Positions 45,118 to 47,835 of a DNA stretch of 47,835 bases are shown piece after piece. Origin of the DNA: a virus (taxonomy: Duplodnaviria > Caudoviricetes). Numbering within the stretch: the first letter of the stretch is position 1; every line of letters begins with the position of its first letter. The notes under the pieces were generated by a model. The model did not search any database, was not told the DNA's origin, and saw nothing but the letters and a program-made list of their open reading frames with translations. The stretch lies in the IMG/VR virus record IMGVR_UViG_3300049436_000142, positions 1 to 47,835 of that record; one strand, given 5' to 3'. The translations under genes and the position numbers were made by a program.

Positions 45118-45510
45118 ATGATCACGATCACGATCGAAGAGACCGACAAGGACGGGCAGTTGCTCGGATGCCACGTGGCCTCCGCGCCCATCGACAAGAA
45201 CGACACCAAGGGCATCGGCTCGCTGCTGGCTCGGAGCGTCGGCGGCCTGATGTACCACACCGAAGCCCGCGCGGAGATCCCGCTTCTGATCGCGGCCGCT
45301 GGCACGCACCGGGCCAGTTCATGCACGCGGGCGATCGGCCACGCGGCGGGCCTGGCCACCGGGACCTACGGCTTCGACCTGGCGATCAAGCCCGTGATCG
45401 AGATCGACCGCCTTCTGGACTACCGCGCCAGCAAGCGCGACCGCGAGACCGCAGCGCAGACGCTCAAGATCATGGGCGCCACCATCCGCCGCCGCGAGGA
45501 CAACGATTAA
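45118..45510 (+). CDS. Hypothetical protein
   Basis: AGGAG RBS; fills the gap between helicase and primase. Confidence 0.7.
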   Translation: MITITIEETDKDGQLLGCHVASAPIDKNDTKGIGSLLARSVGGLMYHTEARAEIPLLIAAAGTHRASSCTRAIGHAAGLATGTYGFDLAIKPVIEIDRLLDYRASKRDRETAAQTLKIMGATIRRREDND

Positions 45511-45513
45511 GCG

Positions 45514-47700
45514 ATGAGCGATGGCCCCTCCATTCTGCTCGAGTCGGCGCGCACGTACCTCGCCCGCGGGTACGCGGTGATCCCCGTGCCGGCGCGGAAG
45601 AAGATCCCCGTGCTCAAGGGGTGGACGGACCTGCGCCTTTCCGAGAGCGACTTGCCGTCGCACTTCAACGGCACCGGCAACATCGGCGTGCTGCTGGGCG
45701 AACCGAGCGGGTGGCTGGTGGATGTCGACCTCGACTGCGAGGAGGCGGTCGCGCTCGCGCCCAAGTTCCTGCCGCCGACCGGCGCGATGTCCGGTCGGCC
45801 GGGCAAGCCCGCGTCGCACTGGTGGTACGTGTGCGAGGGGATGAAGACCCGCAAGCACCAGGACCCGGTGTCGAAGAAGATGATCGTCGAGCTGCGGAGC
45901 ACCGGGGCGCAGACGGTCGTCGGCCCGAGCATCCACCCCAGCGGGGAGCCGTACGACCCGCTTGACGGCGAACCCGCTGTGGTCGACGCCGGGGAACTGG
46001 CAGCCGCCGTCGCCGCGCTTGCTGAGGCTGTGACCGAGGCCAGGCATGGGCGCAGAGAAGCGATCGTTTCACAACCGCCGTCACTACGAAGCGATCGCTT
46101 ACCAGCGGGCGACGCTGTGCTCCGCCGCGCCGCGGCATACCTGGACCGCATCCCACGAGCGATCTCCGGCTCGGGCGGGCACAGTCAGACCTACACGGCC
46201 GCGACGGCGATGGTGCACGGGTTCGCCCTCGATCCCGAGGCGGCGTTCTCGCTGCTGTGGGATCGGTACAACCCGCGGTGCGATCCGCCGTGGAGTGAAA
46301 AGGAACTGCGGCACAAGGTGACCGACGCCGCCAACAAGCCGCACGACCGTCCGATCGGCTGGCTCCGCGATGCGCAGAAGGCCGAGGATCTGGGCGGCGT
46401 GGACCTGTCGGGCTTCATGGCAGCGCCGGCGAAGGCGAGCGACGAAACGGCAGCCCCGGACGAGGACACGCCGGTCGATCCCGGCCCGCTTCCCGAGCGG
46501 TACCTCGCGGTGCCGGGGTTCATCTCCGAGGTCATGGCGTTCAACAAGGAAACGGCCCACCGCTGGCAGCCGATGCTCGCGCTCGCCGGCGCGATGTGCC
46601 TGCAGGCCGTGCTCGCAGGCCGCAAGGTCCGCGACGAGCGCGGCAACCGCACGAATCTGTACGTCGTGTGCCTTGCGGGCTCTGGCTCGGGCAAGGACAA
46701 CGCGCGCCTGATCAACAAGGCGGTGCTCTTCAAGGCCGGGCTCAACGGGCTCGAGGGCAACGAGGACCTCGCCAGCGACGCCGGGCTGGTCACCGCCGTC
46801 GAAGCCGAGCCCGCGATCCTCTTCCAGATCGACGAGTTCGGGCGCTGGCTCCGCACCATTGGCGACCCGAAGAAGGCCCCGCACCTGTTCAACGTCATCT
46901 CGACGCTCATGAAGATGTACTCGTCGGCGCGGAGCGTCTTCAAGGGCAAGGCCTACGCCGACGCCAAGCGGAACAAGGTCATCGACCAGCCGTGCGTGTC
47001 ACTCCTCGCGACGACCGCGCCCGAGCACTTCAAGCACGCGCTCACGCCCGACGCCATGAGCGACGGGTTTATGGCCCGGCTCATCGTGTTCGAGACCGGG
47101 GAGATGCCGCCGCGCGTATGGCAGCCCGAGAAGGACCCGCCGCAGGCGATCGTGGATGCGGCCACCTGGTGGGGCGCGTTCAACCCCGGCGGCAACCTCA
47201 GCCGCGAGCACCCCAAGCCGATGGTGGTTCCGACCACCGACGACGCCCGCGCCGTGTTCAACCGCCTCGCGGCGCTCGCCGACACCGAGATGGAGCGCCC
47301 GCGCGAGGACCTGCGGTCGATCTGGGCACGCGTCGAGGAGAAAGCCTGCCGCCTGGCGCTGATCTACGCCTGCTCCAAGAACCGCGAGAAGCCGGTCATC
47401 GACGCCGACGCAGCGGAATGGGCGTGCGGGCTGTCCGAGCACCTGACCCGTCGCGTGCTGTACCTCGCCCACGAGTATGTGTCGCAGGGCGAGTTCGACG
47501 CCAAGCAGAAGGCCGTCCTCCGCGCGATGCGGACGGCGGGCGGACGCATGACCCGGTCGCAGATGTGCCGCGTGACCCAGCACCTGACCCAGCGCGAGCG
47601 GGACGAGGTGCTTGAGAACCTCAAGGAGACCGGCCGCTTGAAAGAAGGAGTCGAGCCGACCGCTGGGCGGTCAAGGAGGGTGTATGAACTCCTGCCGTAG
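45514..47700 (+). CDS. Bifunctional primase-polymerase with PriCT-like and DUF3987-like domains
   Basis: GYAVIPV...NIGVLLG...VDVDLD...H.W, GPSIHPSGEPY; CDPPWSEKEL; NLYVVCLAGSGSGK, QIDEFG, DGFMAR. Confidence 0.9.
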   Translation: MSDGPSILLESARTYLARGYAVIPVPARKKIPVLKGWTDLRLSESDLPSHFNGTGNIGVLLGEPSGWLVDVDLDCEEAVALAPKFLPPTGAMSGRPGKPASHWWYVCEGMKTRKHQDPVSKKMIVELRSTGAQTVVGPSIHPSGEPYDPLDGEPAVVDAGELAAAVAALAEAVTEARHGRREAIVSQPPSLRSDRLPAGDAVLRRAAAYLDRIPRAISGSGGHSQTYTAATAMVHGFALDPEAAFSLLWDRYNPRCDPPWSEKELRHKVTDAANKPHDRPIGWLRDAQKAEDLGGVDLSGFMAAPAKASDETAAPDEDTPVDPGPLPERYLAVPGFISEVMAFNKETAHRWQPMLALAGAMCLQAVLAGRKVRDERGNRTNLYVVCLAGSGSGKDNARLINKAVLFKAGLNGLEGNEDLASDAGLVTAVEAEPAILFQIDEFGRWLRTIGDPKKAPHLFNVISTLMKMYSSARSVFKGKAYADAKRNKVIDQPCVSLLATTAPEHFKHALTPDAMSDGFMARLIVFETGEMPPRVWQPEKDPPQAIVDAATWWGAFNPGGNLSREHPKPMVVPTTDDARAVFNRLAALADTEMERPREDLRSIWARVEEKACRLALIYACSKNREKPVIDADAAEWACGLSEHLTRRVLYLAHEYVSQGEFDAKQKAVLRAMRTAGGRMTRSQMCRVTQHLTQRERDEVLENLKETGRLKEGVEPTAGRSRRVYELLP

Positions 47701-47733
47701 CAGGCCAGAAACGCGGGTCGGACGAGGCCAGAC

Positions 47734-47826
47734 CCTTCTTTCACATTCTTCACGCGCGATCTCTCGGGGCGGGGGGGCGGGCGGGAAGGGAGCAGAGAAG
47801 GAGGGGTTGAAGAAAGTGAAAGAAGG
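47734..47826. repeat. 19-bp inverted repeat flanking a G-rich spacer downstream of the primase
   Basis: ccttctttcacattcttca (47734-47752) pairs with tgaagaaagtgaaagaagg (47808-47826), one mismatch. Confidence 0.7.
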
Positions 47827-47835
47827 TATCTCTCT

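Larger units (their letters stand above)
24807..47835 (+). mobile_element. Large-serine-recombinase integrative (prophage-like) element, continuing beyond the right edge
   Basis: Gene order: small ORF, DUF2924, LSR, accessory, R-M cargo, XRE/ImmA, sigma factor, replication genes, nearly all on the + strand. The left boundary is inferred. Confidence 0.65.

Overview
GC-rich bacterial DNA, probably Planctomycetota/Phycisphaerae. That assignment is an inference from a GC-type-dockerin-like motif and a GWP...CPECG membrane-protein family. The window is essentially all accessory or mobile DNA, in three blocks. (1) 1-4.7 kb, minus strand: a phage-type packaging module (ParB-N/DNA methyltransferase, HTH small-terminase-like gene, and a large terminase that runs off the left edge and is missing from the ORF track). 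(2) 5-24.4 kb: cargo. It holds tandem RyR-domain genes, tandem ArsR-like genes, and a tightly coupled reduced type II secretion-like operon (helical periplasmic protein, GspD secretin, GspE ATPase, GspC/L/M-like genes, TPR lipoprotein; no GspF or pseudopilins). That operon is divergent from a ~2470-aa signal-peptide-bearing Rhs protein whose C-terminal tip resembles the eukaryotic mitochondrial metalloprotease ATP23 (peptidase M76), followed by an overlapping membrane immunity candidate and an IS630 remnant. (3) 24.8-47.8 kb: a large-serine-recombinase (DUF2924/LSR) integrative element with type I R-M plus RhuM, an XRE/ImmA switch, an ECF-like sigma factor and a phage-type replication operon (AAA_24, DUF669, RusA, helicase, Prim-Pol/DUF3987). 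The best candidate for a new system is the Rhs toxin paired with its own minimal T2SS-like exporter and an ATP23-like tip. A second strong signal is a 40-bp bipartite promoter-like motif found in front of both the recombinase operon and the replication operon. All family calls come from motif recognition by eye; no searches were run.
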